Shown one piece after another: positions 12,471-25,227 of a stretch of 64,000 nucleotides of DNA. The position numbers were made by a program, and so were the translations under genes. The notes beneath the pieces are model-generated. The model did not search any database, had not been told where the DNA came from, and saw nothing but the letters and a program-made list of their open reading frames with translations. Source of the stretch: Cyanophora paradoxa CCMP329 (lineage: Eukaryota; Plantae; Glaucophyta); NCBI GenBank assembly GCA_004431415.1, contig QPMI01000101.1:290756-354755 (forward strand). Reading direction: 5' to 3'. Position 1 is the stretch's first letter. Every line of letters begins with the position of its first letter.

Positions 12471-13674
12471 ATGCTTGCGCGGTGTGCGGCGGCCGTAGCA
12501 AGGAGGACGCATCTCGGCAGCGTGGCGCGGCGCGGCGCGCAACTGTACCAGCTCAAAGCTTCGCCGACAGCAAGCACGATGTCGGACGAGGCCGCCGCTC
12601 GGTGCGCGGTCGTCCGGCAAGCCCGGGCACACGCGGAGAGACGGGCTAACAGCGGTACACGCGCAGCTTCAAAATCTACACGAGGACGGGCGACAAGGGT
12701 CCGTCCCGCCTCGCGGCGCTTCCGTGCCGGGTGCCCGCGAGCTGAGCGCGTGCCGCGCGGTGCAGGCTCGTCGAGCTTGTACACGGGGGAGCGGAGAGAG
12801 AAGGACGACCTCGTGTTCGAAGCGCTCGGCGCCGTTGACGAGCTTAATTCCGCCATCGGGTAAACCCCGGTCCCTGCCGGATTGCGCCCCTCTCACGCGC
12901 CTGCGCGTTCCGCAGCGTGGCGCACGAATTCTGCGAAGAAGCGGCGAACGGCATCCACAAGAAGCTTGAGCAGGCAGCCGCTCGCGCACTCCCCTTGGCC
13001 GCGGCGCGGCGCTGCCGCCTGACGCGCCCGGCGCAGCTGCAGTCGGCGCTCCTCGACGTCGGCTCTGCAGTGGCGACGCCGAAATCGTCCGCCGCGGAGC
13101 ACAAGCTCGGTGCGCCCCTCTCCGCCCGCCCACGGCTCGCCCCCTCCTCGGCCCCCGCCCCGCTCAGAGGGGACGGGCCCGGCGCTGCGGCAGCGCGCGT
13201 GCAGTTCGACGAGGGGTGGATCGGGCAGCTGGAGGCGTGGATCGACGAGGCGGACGCGCAGCTGCCCCCCCTCCGCAACTTCATCCTCCCCGTGCGCCCA
13301 GTGGAAAGCGAGCGAGGGGCGGCGGGGGCTGACCCCGGGCGGGCCGCGCAGTCCGGGGGCAAGTCGAGCGCGTTCCTGCACGTGGCGCGGACGGGGTGCC
13401 GGCGGGCGGAGCGGCAGGTGGTGCCCCTAGTGCGCGCCGGCGAGGTCGACGACGTCGTCCTCCGCTTCCTCAACCGGTCCCTCCCGCTCGCCGCGGCCCC
13501 GGGCACGGCCTCTTCCCCGCCCATCCCACCCTTACCCTCTCGAGCAGGCTCAGCGACTACCTCTTCACGGCGGCGCGCCTGGCGGCCCTCAAGGAGGGCA
13601 AGACCGAGGTCGTCTACCAGAAGGGCCGCACCGGCGCCGGCTCCTCCGCCGCCCCCGCCGCCGCGACCAGCTGA
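12471..13674 (+). CDS. MMAB: PduO-type ATP:cob(I)alamin adenosyltransferase, mitochondrial precursor
   Basis: Spliced motifs [10 protein letters not shown]|[56 protein letters not shown]|[30 protein letters not shown]; Arg-rich presequence from ATG 12471. Confidence 0.93.
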
Positions 13675-13799
13675 TGTATTCGTATTCGCCTTCTTGTTAT
13701 TTCGAGATTGAATACAGATACGGACGACAATTTCTTTAGCTGTGCTTTTTTCGCTGACAGTTGATTAGAGGAGGGAGGAGCCTGGGGGAAGGGCGCGGC

Positions 13800-16436
13800 C
13801 TAGTGGCGGGGGCTGATGGCGATGCGGACGTAGGGGGCGGGCCAGCACATGGTCGTGGCCCTGCGAGCGAAGTCGGCGGGAGGGGGTACGCGTCAGCGCG
13901 GCAGAGGGAGGGGAGGGGGGGCACGTGCACGCACTCGAAGCGGACGTCGGGGTGGCCCTCTTCAAGGCCCACGCGGAACCGCTGGAGGATGGCCACCAGG
14001 GACAGCGCCACCTCCACCTAGGACGGGGGATGAGGCGGAAGGGGTACGGGGTATTCCTTTAATCATCGCGGCCTACGTTCGCGAAGTTGCTCCCGATGCA
14101 GTGGCGGGGCCCCGCGCCGAAGGGGATGTACGCGTGCTGGGCCTCAGGCGGACCGTCCCGGAACCGCTCCGGATCGAACTCTGCGTGCGCCCCCTCCAGA
14201 AGTCAACGGGGAAGAGCCGGGGAGAGGGGGCCGGGCACCCTCGGGCCGCTCCCAGAAGTGGGGGTGCCGGTGCACGAGGAAGGTCGAGATCAGAAGCCCG
14301 CTGCCAGCCGGGATCGGCACACCCCCGATCTCGTCTGCGGCCCCCCTGATCATGAACCGCCGGGGGGGCTACGGGGCGTAGGGGGGGGGGGGGGGGGGGG
14401 TTACCGTCCTCGACGGCGTCGCGCATGAACACCCAGATGGTCGGAAAAAGCCTCATGACCTCCATCATAAATAGGCGCATGTACCCCAGCCGCGGCAGGT
14501 CCTCCACCGTCGCCTCCCGCCCCTGCAGAAGGAGCATCTCAGGGGGTACGGGATAAGGAAGAAGGGTACGGGAGCAAGCACCCCCAGGACGTCGTCGATC
14601 TCGGCGACGGCGCGCTCGAGGACGTGCGGGTTGCTCGCGAGGGCGTACAGCGCCCACGTCAGCGTCGTCGCGCTCGTCTCGTACCCCCCGCCGACCTGCC
14701 GGCCACGGACCTAAGTGGATGCGGAGGCGAGGGGGGATATATATATACAGGGAGAGGGTTGGAATACCATGGTGATGACCTCGTCACGGAGCTGCTTGCG
14801 TGTGAGCGCCCCGCCAGTCTCCTGCGGCGAAAGTTAAAAAGAAGGGGGGTGAAGAGGGGGGTACGGGCCGCACGGGATCGCGGGCGGCGATGAGGAGGTC
14901 GAGAAAGTCGCGCTCCTTCCCCTCCCCCTCCCTATGGGGGTACGGGTCGGCCTGGGTAGACTGAGATTGAGGGGTGTTGGGCCGCGCGCACCCCGTGGCG
15001 TCCCGAGCGGCGAGGCGGGCGTCGACGATGCCGTACACAAATCTGCGGGGCGGGTTACGGGGTCCGGAACGGAGGTGCGGGGGGTACGGTGCGCCTGTCG
15101 ATGGCGGCGAGGGTGTCGTTGAAGCGGCGGTTACGGGGGGTAGGGACCCAGGTGGGCGGCTGCAGCGGGTTCGTGACAAGGTCGCCCGCGTACGCGAACG
15201 CAAACGCGAGCAAATCGTGTATCCCGCTCGCGTCCGTCCTGTGGGGGTAGCCAATCTTTAGAATGGGAGGCAGCGGATGTCTTTCTCTGGGGAGACGGGG
15301 GTACGGGGCGCGCCTGATGTCGACGTCGAGCATGAGGCGGGCGATCACGGACATCGTCAGCCGCAGCATCTCCGTCTTCGCATCCAGCACCGTCGTACCC
15401 CTGCCGCGCGGGTCGAATGCGGGGGGCGCTGGAGCCGCAGAAGAGAGACGCGGCGCACCCGGCGGCCGTGACGCGGGCCTGCCACTCGTCGAGGGACTTG
15501 TGTGCCTCGCGCGTGACCACCTCAGCGAGATCGGACACCTGGGGGGTACATGAGTTAGACGGAAGGCGGGGAAAGAGGGGGCTGCTCGTGGGGGGGAGGG
15601 CGCGCCCTCTTCTGAGCGAAGACAGGCTGGATAAGGCGGCGGCCTGGCGCACGAGCGCGGGCGTCAGGTGCAGGCGCGGGCGACGGGGCTTCACGCGGGG
15701 GCAGCGCGCACTGAAGGGCCAGTTCTCGGATTCGGCGGCGGTGGCGAGGCCGCGGCCGAGGACGAGGGAGAGCTCCTTGGTGCTGTTCTTCTTCACGTAG
15801 TTCGCCTTGCGGTCGACCAGCACGTGCTTGATGTACTCCGGGTGCGCCAGCTGCGCACCCCCTCACCCCTCAGAGCGCGCACAGGTCAGGATCGATATGT
15901 ATATATCTACGGGGCGCGCACGGTGAAGAAGGGCGGCTTGGTGGGGACGGAGGTGCGGAAGATGTCCCCGTTGACGGCCCACGCGTCCAGAAACGTGGGG
16001 AGCAGCCCGCGGGTCTTGAACGAGACGAGGCTCCCAAGCACTGGCCACTCCGAGGGCGCCGCGTACCAGTCGCCCGCTTTCAGCGCCGGCCCCCGCGGCG
16101 GGAGCGCCACGCGACGAGGCTCGGGGATCTGCGCCCGCGGGGGCGAACTCTAAACTCGCGCTCCCGGGCTGCCTCGGCGTGGCGCCGGCCGCGCATGCTC
16201 ACCTTCGGCTTCGAGCTCTCCGCGGGCCGCGCGCGCTCCGTCGTGTCCGCGCCTGCATCCGCCCGCGGCTTGCCCGCATGGAGCGCGGCCGGCCGGGGCC
16301 TGTGCGAGCTAAGACGTGCGCTCGCAGGAAGCGCGTCGCCGAGCCTGGCGCCGGCGAACTCGCCCCGCCACGCGCCGGCCACGTGCGCGCGCCTGCGTTC
16401 GCCGATGGGCGCGGCAGCAACTGATACGAACGCCAT
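13800..16436 (-). CDS. Cytochrome P450 with plastid-type transit peptide, multi-exon
   Basis: I-helix [11 protein letters not shown]-helix EVMRLFP, PERF, heme-binding [14 protein letters not shown]; [21 protein letters not shown]; starts [10 protein letters not shown]; TAG at 13802-13800. Confidence 0.92.
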
Positions 16437-16725
16437 CGCCGTCGCTTCTGCTGCCGTCGTCCCGACTTGGGTTCGTGCCGACCGCGACGTTTCGATCCCG
16501 ATGGTCGCTTCGGATCGGAACTCGACGCGCTGCTGCGAGACGCACGGAGAGTCTTAAGCTTGCACCGCTTCCTCTGCCGCGCGGGGAATCTCCGAACCTC
16601 AGAACCTGAGCGGGCCGGGTACAACCGTACAACGTCGGTACAAGGAGCGGCTCGGTCTGAGCCACCTGCACCCTCCCATTAGCGCCCGGCGGGCCGGCGG
16701 AGACCAGCTAGCGCCCCGGATTCCG

Positions 16726-19700
16726 ATGGAGGTGGCAAAAGCGCAAGCGCACGGCGGAGACCACGAGCTGCGTTTTACGGGAACCGTGTCTGAGGGTTGC
16801 GCGTTCGTGCGGGCCCACATCGACGACGGCAAATCCACAAACGCCTCGTTAGTGCTTCAAGCGTTGTTCGGCGGGCTCGAGGGTCGCAGGTTCGCCAGAA
16901 GCGTTTGCCTGCATTTCAGACACGACCAACGACATCTGGACTAGCCCTAGCAGCTGTTTGGCTAGCAGTTCGGCCTGGCCTGCAATGAGCTCGGCCTGAT
17001 CGCCCCGCAGCGCATGGGTCGATTCCGTCCTCCCAGGCGATGCAAGCGCTCCAAGCTTGGCCGTCGCGGGCCAGGCTGGGCCCGCTAGCGATCACTTGCG
17101 AACTGACGCTCGAGCGCAGGATCTTGGCGCGCTCTACCGGCTTATGAACGCGCACGGCCCGATCATGAGCTCCCTGACGAGGATCGAGGCACTTCGCTCG
17201 TCCCGCGCTCGCAACCCCCGTGGCCCAGTGGCTCGCTCCCGAGCGCGCGCGCGCAGCTGACTCGCCTCGCCACGCCGCCGCAGGACGGCAACGCTTCCCC
17301 CTCGGCTCTGGAGACTTTCCTCTCTGCCCTCTGCGTGCACTTCCGCCAGTGCCGCCCACCCAGGGGCACGGGTGCATGCGCCCCTCCTGGAGTGGCCAGC
17401 GCTGCCGCGCGACAGCCACGCCCGTGCTTCATCATCCTCGCCTCGTATCTCCGCGCCGCGTATCTCGTGGGGTCGGCCCCCCTTGTGGAGGCCTCCGGGC
17501 CTTCGGATCCGAGGGCGGCGCTGGCCCGCGCCTTCACGAAGACCGCCGTGAGGAGCTGGCTCGCTCACGTGCGCGCCGCCGCCTTCGAATTCCCGCGCTT
17601 TTCGAGCCCCGAGCCCGCCCCGCAGAGCCCGGCCCCGCCCCCGCCCGAGCTCCTCGAAGCCGTCCGCGTGCGTACCCGCCCCCTTCCCCCCCCCTCCGCC
17701 CTCCCCCGCCTTCCCCCCCCCACCCCCCTCCCCTTTTCCGTCCACCGACCGTCCGCACACCATCGCAGCTGCTTGTGCTGCACCTGCACACGGGCGTGAC
17801 TCTGCCCGCCATCGCGGACCCCTGTGGGCGCGACGCCGCCCTCGCTCCTAAGCTGCTCGAAATCGTGAGGGTGCGCGAGCGCTCGGCCCGCCCCGCCCCT
17901 TCCTCCCTTACTCCGACGCACGTGCCCCGCCTTCGCGTAGGTACCCCTGCGCCGTTTCCTTCGGAAGGTCATGTCCCAGGCGTCCTCGCCGGCCGTGTTT
18001 CTCCTTGCCGTTGGTCCAATTCGCGTGCCCCCCTCTCCCCGCACTGTAGCCCCGTGAATCAAACTCCGTCCCGTCATCAGATATTTGGCTGAGCTACCTC
18101 GAGCCAGGGGCCGCGCCAGAGGCCCTCGCCGGGTACGTTGTACCCCCGGGAGTTTCCCCCTCGCCCGGCCATATGGGGGGTACCGCAGCTGGGTGTCGAC
18201 GAACCTGGACCTTTCCCTCGGCGAGGCGGCGTACCCCCCACCAAATCGCAGTCCGATTCTCGAAATCCGTTCCTTCGCCGCTGACAACCGCGACTTCTAC
18301 GTACCCCTCCACGAAATCTTCGTTGGAAAGGTCCGCCATTTTGTTCCCCGAGGCCTCGCGTCCCTTGAGGCTCGCACGCGACCACCTCGGAGCAGGTCGA
18401 CACGATGGACTGGGGGTCCCTCCCCCCGCATGCGGCGGGGGTCTACCCACGGCTCCTGCGCATGCTGGTGCGCCGAGCCGCCCAGCGACGCGCGCCCCGC
18501 GACGTCGGAGGCGAGCCCCGCGCCCGCAGGTGAAGCGAGTCGTGGAGGGACCCGCCGCATCCCTCACCGCCCCGAACACCACTGCGAGCCCCACGCACGC
18601 GACCCGGTACGGGTGCGCTCGGAAGCCCGCGGTGCAGCGTGTTTCTAACCATGCCTCCTGCGCCGGCAGCGAGGGCGGGTGGCGCGGCTGGTTCAGCGCT
18701 CTGGGGCGCGCCATCGGCTTCGCGAGCTCCGCGGCGACTCGCGGGCGCAATCCCACGGACCGTGAAGAATGCGGCGGGGGCGAGGACGAGGAGGAGGCGG
18801 TGTGGGATGCGGAGGACGCTGGCGACGGGGGCGGCGCACCTGCAGAGGTGGCGGCCAATGGCGACGTCGGCGCCGGGCTCCGGGGCCCCGCCGCCAGCGA
18901 GGAGAGCCTCCAGTCGGACGCGGCCCCCGCCGAGCCCGTTGCCCCCACCGACTCTGCCCCGGCTCCGGCGGCTCCGGCGGCCCCGGCGGCTCCGGCGGCG
19001 CCGGTGGATGCGACGGTGGCCGCCGCTCCGGCGGCTGAGGCGACCCCCGAGGCGCCGACGGCCCCGGCGGCTAATCATGAAGCGCTGGCGGCGGCGGGGG
19101 CGGCGGCGGCAGCGGCGGCGGCTGGGGCAGCGGCGGCGAGGGCGGCAGCAGCAGCGGCGGCGGCGGCGGCGGGCGAAGATCTAGCCGAATGCATGCCTGG
19201 GCAGGACGTTGCTATTCGCAGCGCCGCGGGGGCCTTGCGGGGCTGGACTGGCGACAAGGGCAAGCTGAACCTTTCGGGGGAGGAGCGGGCGGCGTGGCCG
19301 GTACACGAGGTCGCGCTCGTCGGCCCCGAGAACATCCGGGCGTTGGACCTCAGCGACAACCAGCTCGCCTCCATCCCCGGGGGCGAGCTCGCGAGGCTCC
19401 GCAACCTCGAGGAGCTGCACCTCGAGTGCAACCGCCTCGCCGCGCTCCCGCCCGAGATCGGAGCCTTGACGGGCCTCAAGCGCCTCTGGCTCGCCTCGAA
19501 CCGGCTCACCGAGCTGCCGCAGGAGCTCGCGCGGCTCTCCCAGTTGACGGCTCTCTTCGTCAGCGAGAACCATCTGGCAGCGCTGCCAGCTCAGGCGATC
19601 GGGCAGCTGACAGCGCTTGAGCAGCTGGACGCAAGGAGCAACCGGCTGACCGCCCTTCCGCCGGATATACGACGCCTCTGCAGCCTCGAGGACCTCAACG

Positions 19701-20026
19701 TCGGCTTCAATCGGCTCGAGGAGCTGCCGCCGGAGATCGGGCAGCTTCAGCAGCTCAGGAGGCTGTGGCTGAACGGGAACAAGCTGACGGCGCTGCCTCC
19801 AGCGATCGGGCAGCTCTCGCTTCTGAACGAACTGACCGTGAGCGGGAATGAGCTTACGAGCCTGCCTTGGGAACTTGGTCAGCTTCCTCAGCTCAGCGCG
19901 CGCACGTTCTTCTTGGCCGACAATCCTCTCACGGCCATGCCGGAGCACGCAAGGCAGTCGGGGTTCGCCGCACTTGCGTACCTCCGTTCTGCTCCGCCTC
20001 CGGATCCTGCGGCCACATGCACGTGA
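16726..20026 (+). CDS. Leucine-rich repeat protein (about 11 typical LRRs at the C-terminus; unrecognised multi-exon N-terminal region)
   Basis: Repeats of LxxLPPEIGxLxxLxxLxLxxNxL at 19330-19930; stop at 20026. Start and upstream exons uncertain. Confidence 0.75.
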
Positions 20027-20526
20027 CTCGGTGAGTCCTTCTGAACCGAAATATGAATTCTTTCGTTGCTCTGCTTACGACTTCCTCTAGATCTCCTCCT
20101 CAAACCCACCACCACCACCAGCGGCACGACTAATTCGAGTTTATTCGCCGAGTCTCATCCTAAATCCAACAGTTTGTTCGAATTCTAGATCGTAGTTATA
20201 AACTATTTAAATGTTCCAGACGTTCAACAATCACCAGGTTTCACAAACCGGTTCAATATTATATATTGTGCCGCAGTGCCGCAGCCTCCCGCAGAACTCG
20301 AAGGCGCCGGCTTGCAATTGGAACTACCTCAGAGCCTCTCTCCTTCCCACCCAACCCCGCCCCCTGCAGCTGCATTCTAGCTGCGAGGGATAGTCGCAGA
20401 CCGTCGGACTATACATGAACATGCACTTGTGTTCAAGGGCTCAATGCAATCAGAAGATTTCTGTGCAACAGGTTCGGGGCGTGAGGAGCGCTGGCAGATC
20501 TACTAGAGGCTGGTTCATGGGATAGG

Positions 20527-22723
20527 CTAGCGCTGGAAGAAGGGCTGGCCGGCGTGGTGCTGGAGGATGCGCGCGTTGGCGAGCGGCGAGTAGCGCAGCA
20601 GCAGCAGCGCCGACCGCGTGTACCGCAGCGCCCCCTTTCTCCTCCTCGCCGCCGCCGTCGGCTTCGAGGAGGCAGAGGGGCGCTGCGGGCTGCAGCCGCC
20701 GGCGGGTAGGTGGACGGGGCGGGCGAGGGGCGAGTCCCGGAAGCGCGCGGCCTCGGGGGAGAGGGGGAAGGCGTAGTCGGCGGGGGCGGAGGTGCCGCGG
20801 GCGGAGACGGAGCGGAGAGCCGGGCAGGGGGCGGCGAGGGCGTCGAGCCCGGCGGCGGAGACGGCGCGGTTGTCGGAGACGGCGAGGGAGGCGAGGCGGG
20901 GCAGGGCGAGGGTGCGCAGGCCGCGGTCGGAGACGAGGGTGGCGGACAGATCGAGTGTTGTAAGGGCGGGCATCGCGGAGAGGGCGGCCGCCGCGTGGTC
21001 GCTGACGTGCGTGCGCGCCAGCGAGAGCTCGGCGAGCAGCGGGCAGCCGACGAGCTCCGCCACGCCCGAGTCCGTGAGGGGCGTCCCGCAGAGGGAGAGG
21101 GCGGTGAGGGAGGGGAGGGCGCGCAGGAGCGGCGCCGCCTCGTCGCCGGCCTCTGTGCGGTCGAGGCGGAGGCGGCGGAGGGCCGGCAGCGAGAGCAGCG
21201 CCCCGCAGGCCTCGGCCCCCGCGGGCGTGCCGGAGAGATCCAGCGACGTGAGGGTTCGCATCGTCGAGAGGGGCCCCGTCGCAGCGTCCCCTCCCACCTC
21301 CGTCCCAGAGAGGTCCAGGCTCGTCAGCGCCGGGAACGACTGCGGCGAGAGCGTTGGGAGGGGTACTGGGGGGACCCGCTGGGGGCGGGGCGGGGCGGGG
21401 CGGGCCTCGGGGCCGAGGAGGGCGGCGGCGGCCTCGCCGATGCCCTCCGCCTCCCGCAGCGACAGCGACTCCAGCGCCGGCAGGCGCCCTGCGAGCACAC
21501 GGGCGGCTGCTCAGCGGCGGGCTGCGGGGCGGGGCGGGGCGGGGCGGGGCGGCGGGAGCGCGCGCCGGCGAGGGCGGCGAGGCCGGCAGCGGTGAGGGGC
21601 GTGCGGGAGAGGTCGAGGGAGCGGAGGGACGGGAGGCGGCAGAGGGCGGCGGAGGCGGCGCGGTCGCCGGCGGCGGTGCCGGCGAGGTCGAGCGAGGTGA
21701 GGGAGGGGATCGAGCCGAGCGCCTCGGCGCCGGCCTCGTCGAGCGGGGTGCAGGCGAGGGAGAGGCGGGCGAGGCGGGAGAGGCCGGCGAGGGGCCCCGC
21801 GGTGGAGACCCGCGTCCAGTCGGCGGCGAGCGAGGCGAGGGCGGGGAGCTCCCCGACGCAGAGCAGGCCCTCGTCGCCCAGGCCCTCGCACCCGCACACG
21901 TCCAGCCGCTCCAGCTCCTTCAGCTCTGCGCCGGCGCGCGTCTGAGCCGCGCACAAGCGCGCCGCCGGCGCCGGAGACGCGGAGCTACCGAGCAGGTGGT
22001 GCGCGGATGCGTCGGAGAAGCCCGTGCCGCTCACGTCGAGCACTCGGAGCGAGCGGAGGGCGGCCAGCGGCGCGAACTCCGACACCGACGCGCCCCGGAG
22101 GACCAGCGTCTGCAGGCCCTGGATCTGCCCGATCCTCTGCACAGTCGCGTCGCCCAGCCTGCGGGGCGCCAGCGGTGGTGTTCATATGCAGAAGGAGAGA
22201 AAGCGCACGCGCCCGTATCCGCGGCGCACTTTGGCATTCCCTCGAGGCGCAGCTCCCTCAAATTCGGAAGCGGACCATCGCCAAGTAGCGCGAGAAATCC
22301 GTCCTCGCTGATGCGCGGGTTCTCGCTGAGATCCAGCGCTGCAGCGGCACATTGGAGCCAAGCTTTAATGCGTTTAACCGTGGAAGAAAAGCACCGGTCA
22401 GATTCCCGACGTGCGACCTCAGATTCCGCAAGAACGCGTCGCTCAGGCCGGGATACGCTCTCATTTCCAGCTGTGCACGCGCGTGGGCACAAGCTGGGAT
22501 GGGGCGGGGCCGCTGCGCGCGCGACGTGGACCCTGGAAACGTATAGATCGACGACGGTCAGCAGGTCGAGGGGCTCCAGGAAGGCACGCGACAAGACGAG
22601 GTTTCGCATGACGAGGTGAGCTAGCTCGGAGGGTAGCTTTTTGAGACACCCCCAAAGGGCCGGGCGCCGCGCCAGCGCTCCCACGGCGAGCTCCAGCAGC
22701 GCGGGCGGCTCGGTGATTTCCAT
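20527..22723 (-). CDS. RNI-like / AMN1-like LRR protein
   Basis: Many LxxLDLSGT repeats (LTSLDLSGTEVG, LTTLDLSATLVSDRGL); N-terminal PALLELAV...LKKLPSELAH. The true start may lie further upstream (to ~24.1 kb). Confidence 0.8.
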
Positions 22724-24418
22724 ATCGCTGGTCGCAGGATGCTCGCGAAATGACTTGCACGATGGATGGCGCTTTGGAAGCGTCTCTACGAGCGCCTTGG
22801 GGGGGTAATCGTCCGCGCTTGGTTGGGGTACAGTCGTCCGAGACTTGGAGCACAAAATCAGCTTTAAGCGAGCGTCCGCGTTCGCGACATCGCAGCGATC
22901 GCTCCCGCGGCTCTGGAGAAACGCAGCGACACGAGGGACGGCGCTGCAGGTCATTTTCTTCGCGAATGGTGCGCGCTGCTTTCGATCACGGGGAAGCGAT
23001 AGTGCGGGCCCTTCCGGATGATGCTTCCGTAAAAGGTCTGAGGCCTTGGTCAAGGCGTGCCATAGCGCGGCTCCGCGACGCCCTCCCCTTGCTCGCCAAT
23101 CTCTCCGCGGCGCATGAGACATCGCGCCGCGGCGTAAATGCGAGCATAGATTTTTCGTGCTCTAGACACTTGGTCGTCCCCTAAGAGCCACAAGGTCGGC
23201 GATAAAGGCGAGCACTACAGCGCCGGGTCGGCGCACAACCCCCGCGCTTTTCTCTTGATGGAGCGGGTTTTCTCAAGCACAGCATCTCCGCACAGATATG
23301 TAAAGCAGAGCAATTGCTATCGCCCACGGCCGAGTGCCACCGAGCTTGCCCATTGCGGTGGATCCTCAGGTATCGTGGGCGCACATCGGGCTTAGCGGGC
23401 TCCGTCGCGCTACGGCCGTCAGGCTCTTGCGAAAGAGCCGCCGAGTGCCCACGTGACTTCTCCAGATACTTCTGACGGATTAGCGGGCCCCTTCCTTTCT
23501 TTCGCGTACCGATTGCTCCTTGCCTGTTGCTGACCACAAATCGCCCCTCTAGATCGCGACCATCGATCGGAATCAACGCACGAAGCGCATCCCGGGCCGG
23601 TTCGCGTCCCCTCCCCTTCCCGGGCACCCGTTCAAGAGCGGCAAGAGATGACAAAACCATTCTCACAACGCAAAACTCTCTGAATATTTCTTGAGGACAC
23701 ATTTAACCCAGCTCGCTGATGCCTGCCATTGAGCGTGTTAGACTTATGTGCCCCCGATTCCTGCCCTTTCACTGCGCTGACTGTTGTCCCCTCCCGAGCA
23801 GGATGGTTTTGCCTGCCCTCCCCGCGTGTACTGTCGCTGCTGCGGCATTGTACTGCTCGAATATATGCGCGTTTTGTAGATTCCGGCTTCGTGCTGTGGT
23901 CCGGGATTTGGAGCGAGTGCTTTCAGTGGGTTCTGCTGGCAGCCTGCCTGAGCCTGCTGCTGGGCCGAGTCTAGCTATGACGTCTAGCTTTGGTTTGTCA
24001 AGTCTGAATCGGGGTAAGGAACTCGGCCCGCGGCAGAGCACGAGCGGTTTATAATTAGCCTAGTAGGGGAGTGGAGGGCGAGGCGAGGCCAGCTTGGCAA
24101 GGTCGTGCCACGGTGGCCATGGTCACAACTTAAACTTCGTGGCTCATGATCAGGCCTTGGCCTCGGGACTGTAGTCTGTACAAACAACCGTAGTTGAGTC
24201 TATCTGTCATAAACACGCACTAGCACTGAGAGAAGGGAACAACGCAGGCGAAGAGCGGGCCCCGGCCGGCCCAGCGGGCCCATTGCGCAGGGGCCTCACG
24301 AAGAAGGGCGGGCCCCTTGAGCTCGCCGAATCGGCGGGGGCCCGCCCTTCGAGAAAAAAAGAGGGGCCGCAGTCCTGTAGGCTGCAGCTGTGCCGAAACA
24401 GGTCCCGAGCGTTGGAGC

Positions 24419-25158
24419 TCACTTCTTGGGAGAGGTGGCCGATTTCACGGCGAATTGCGAGGGCGAGCACATCGTCGTGTCCAGAGACGCGGCTGCATAT
24501 GCAAGGGAGAGGTTAGCGCGGGACGCGCGGCGTGGCGGCGCGGCGGCAGCGGCAGCGGAGCGGACCTTTGCTCTTGCCGTAGCTCCAGCCGTACTCGTGG
24601 GATGTCAGCAGCGGGCTGCCGTACTTCTCTGTGGGGCTTTTGTCGTTCATCTCCTTGGGGAAGAGCTGCGCGTGGGGGCGGTCAGCTCGCCGCGGCGCGG
24701 GGGCGGCGGGGCGCGGCGTGCGGCGCGCGGGATTAATGTCTTGCCGGCTTAAAGTCGAGAGTCGACGCAACTGCGCATGCCAGGGCCCTCTGCTGCGGCC
24801 GGGCGCCGTGCAGCCAACCGGCCCGGCGGCGCAGCACGAGCTATTGTTGCCCCTTGACTAAAAGCATAGCTTGCGCACCCGTGTCATCAATTCTGGTGTG
24901 CTGACCCTTTGTCTCCGTCCTTTGGTGTGCGGCGCCGGCGGCTCTGGAGGAATCTGTGGCATCTTGTGCGGCTCCTGTCGCGGCGCGTGAGCTTGTACTC
25001 TACCAGCACTCTGGCCGGCGCGCTAGCAGCAACAGTACCTTGATCAGGAAACCGTACGTGCCCTCGAAGGTCTTCGCGGCGTCCAGCTCACTCCGGATGC
25101 GTTGACGCCAGTTTGCGTCCGCATTTACGGCGCTCACCGGCTCTGGCGCCTTCGCCAT
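24419..25158 (-). CDS. Small ciliary microtubule-inner-protein-like protein (C20orf85/FAM183-like motifs)
   Basis: N-terminal AVNADANWRQRIRSELDAAKTFEGTYGFL and SPTEKYGSPLLTSHEYGW motifs; TGA at 24421-24419. Family assignment is from recalled motifs only. Confidence 0.55.
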
Positions 25159-25227
25159 CTGGGATCCGCGAATTCCGAATTGCGGTAGCCTCCAGTTCCG
25201 GGTTCCCCTGACCCGGGGTACAGCGCG
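25159..25227. promoter_or_regulatory. Very short divergent intergenic region / bidirectional promoter
   Basis: Only 69 bp between ATG 25158 (-) and ATG 25228 (+). Confidence 0.5.
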
